Assembly (NCBI GenBank): GCA_029717555.1
Contig: JAMDHS010000030.1
Coordinates: 1 to 64,000, forward strand
DNA: 64,000 nt
Source: Peribolospora baueri
Lineage: Eukaryota
Reading direction: 5' to 3'
Below the pieces are notes generated by a model. That model was given only the letters and a program-made list of their open reading frames with translations, was not told the DNA's origin and did no database searches. Position numbers and translations under genes: made by a program. Of the stretch, positions 62,225-64,000 are shown piece by piece; position 1 is the first letter of the stretch; each line of letters begins with the position of its first letter.

Positions 62225-63509
62225 CGTGAACGGCAGGGGTGGCGCCGTGGGGAGCCCAAGTGGCACGTAGATTGTAGCGGAAGACGGATTCGACGGCCGA
62301 TGGAGGAAGGAGCGGAGAGTGATGCGAGGGAAGAGGCAAAGACAGAAGGAGAGACCAGAGGCGGGGTATTTTCAAATCGACGAAAAAAAACCGAGGAGTG
62401 TGTGGTCCGGCACACGGCAATGACGGAGCCCCTCGGGAAGAAGACGGTGGCCGCAGGTATCCTTTCGCCGAAGCAAGTCCTGAAACCTGGTCGCCGTCCG
62501 CGCTGGTACACAGAGAGAGGTTAAGCGTGCGTCGAGAAAAGCGTCGGCCTTGAGACAAAGAGAAGCTGATGATGGTATGGTCGTGGGGAGGCGGTCGACG
62601 TCGCCGTCGTCCAAGAGAACCGGAAGGGGACGATACAGTGGTGCCAAGTAGGAGGGATATCCAAGAAGGAAACGTCGGGGTGTCCAGGAGGAAGAGCGAG
62701 CGGAGAACAAGAGCGAGCGCGTGCGTTTTAGTGGAAGTGAGCGACTTGGCTTTGAAATTACATGCGGGTTCAGTCTGTCAGGAGGGAGAGAAGTAGTTAA
62801 GGAAAAAGGAAAGGGATCAGGAAAGGCGGAGCGAGGCAAGCCGGCAATAGCAAGCGAGGATGGAGAATGAAGGAAGAACGGGGTAAGTGGCGAGGATGGA
62901 GATGAGGAGACATGAGATTGGAGTGGAGATCGAGATCGAGATACAAAGACATCGACCGCAGCAGGCCCAGCCCAGGCCAAGTTCGCATGGCGATAGCAAC
63001 GACAGGGCGAAAGAAAGGCAGACAGGCGAGGTTCTTGAAGGATTAATGAAGCTGTCATCGGTGTGACTCCAGACTCTATTGATAGCTTTTGTGGATGGTC
63101 TAGGAGACGAATATCCCGAGCATGAGCAACTATGGTGAGTACAGGTAACTGCTGCAGGTGCCTATGGAGCGAGAGAGAAGACGAGAAGCTAAACGAGACG
63201 GCGAGTGAGGGATGGATGGTTGAAACGTCTAAGCCGGATCCGATGCTCAGGTCGAAAACGATGAATGGGAACTTATGGACGGAGCGCGCTGGGCCGGTGA
63301 AGCAGACATAGCGAGACGCGGGGAGAGCGGCGCCGAACGAGAATTACAATAGAAGGGAAGAAAAAAACGACAAAGAGAAAGCAAACCCGATTCCCGTGGA
63401 GAAGGCGAAAAGGTGCGCCTCAGCGACTGTACTTCGTCGCGAGCGCGCGAACCAAGGGCGTTCCGACCGACATTTTTTGGCGTCCGTGCATTGACATCCG
63501 ACCGTATCA

Positions 63510-64000
63510 TCAACGAGTTCTCTCCTTTCCCTTTCCCTTCCCCTTGTTTGCGGTCCCGTCAACTCCTCCTCTGCCCCGAGCCGTGTCACCCGCGGCATCA
63601 TCCCCATGCGCATCATTACCATATGTGGGGTCGGCGGCAGCGGCAGCCGCGGAGGAGGCCGACGGGGACATAGGTGGAGCGGGAACGGGGGCGTAACTGA
63701 CCGAACGGATCGTCCTCGCGCTCTTCCCTGATGACAGCGGCGCTCGATGTGGATAGGGCGTGGTGGGAGACACCGGTTCGACACCGGCGCCGGCGGTGTT
63801 CGCCGAAACTGGTTCATGGTCTGTGGCGCGGGAGGGAGAAGAAGGACCGTTGGCAGTGGGGGAAGCGGGTGTGAAGTTGCCTCTAAGAGGACTCGATCGG
63901 AGTGGGAGCGGGCCCGAAGCCCCATTGACGGTCGCGCCTCCGATTCGACCGAGAGGAACGGAGAGCGTGGTGAAGTCGGCCGAAAGCCGCGCACGCTCCC
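63510..64000 (-). CDS. 3' end of an unidentified gene (low-complexity C-terminus ...KGKGKGKERTR*), extends beyond the window
   Basis: The frame is open from the window end to the stop at 63510. Confidence 0.5.
   Translation of the reverse strand, partial: ERARLSADFTTLSVPLGRIGGATVNGASGPLPLRSSPLRGNFTPASPTANGPSSPSRATDHEPVSANTAGAGVEPVSPTTPYPHRAPLSSGKSARTIRSVSYAPVPAPPMSPSASSAAAAAADPTYGNDAHGDDAAGDTARGRGGVDGTANKGKGKGKERTR

Overview
Intron-rich, GC-rich eukaryotic DNA, most likely from a basidiomycete fungus (GTGAGT/GTGCGT-type donors, CTRAC-type branch points, fungal gene families). Most ORFs in the supplied track are shadow or partial frames, so I rebuilt gene models by hand-splicing. About 22 protein genes are present: ACSF3-like acyl-CoA synthetase, MFS transporter, AAR2, PAN6, a 100-aa small secreted proline-rich protein that appears only in fragments in the ORF track, a single-pass membrane protein, SFH5, a MEF2-type MADS-box factor, aldo-keto reductase, DAK, 2OG-Fe(II) oxygenase, HSD10-like SDR, GH127-like hydrolase, SFM1, PKA regulatory subunit, a secreted alpha/beta hydrolase, RPS25, TIM9, TIF6, CDT1 and two hypotheticals. 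There are two transposon-relic islands (about 11.5-14.5 kb and 52.6-54.0 kb), each containing a long inverted repeat, plus an 806-bp Tc1/mariner-type MITE. The most notable signals are: an AT-AC intron required for the aldo-keto reductase frame; a hairpin made of two diverged Ty3/gypsy gag copies; a perfect 91-bp inverted repeat at a PIF/Harbinger-like end; the secreted peptide gene beside the MITE; and a TGA-CTA stop on eIF6 followed by 128 open codons. All counts and identities are manual; no searches were run.
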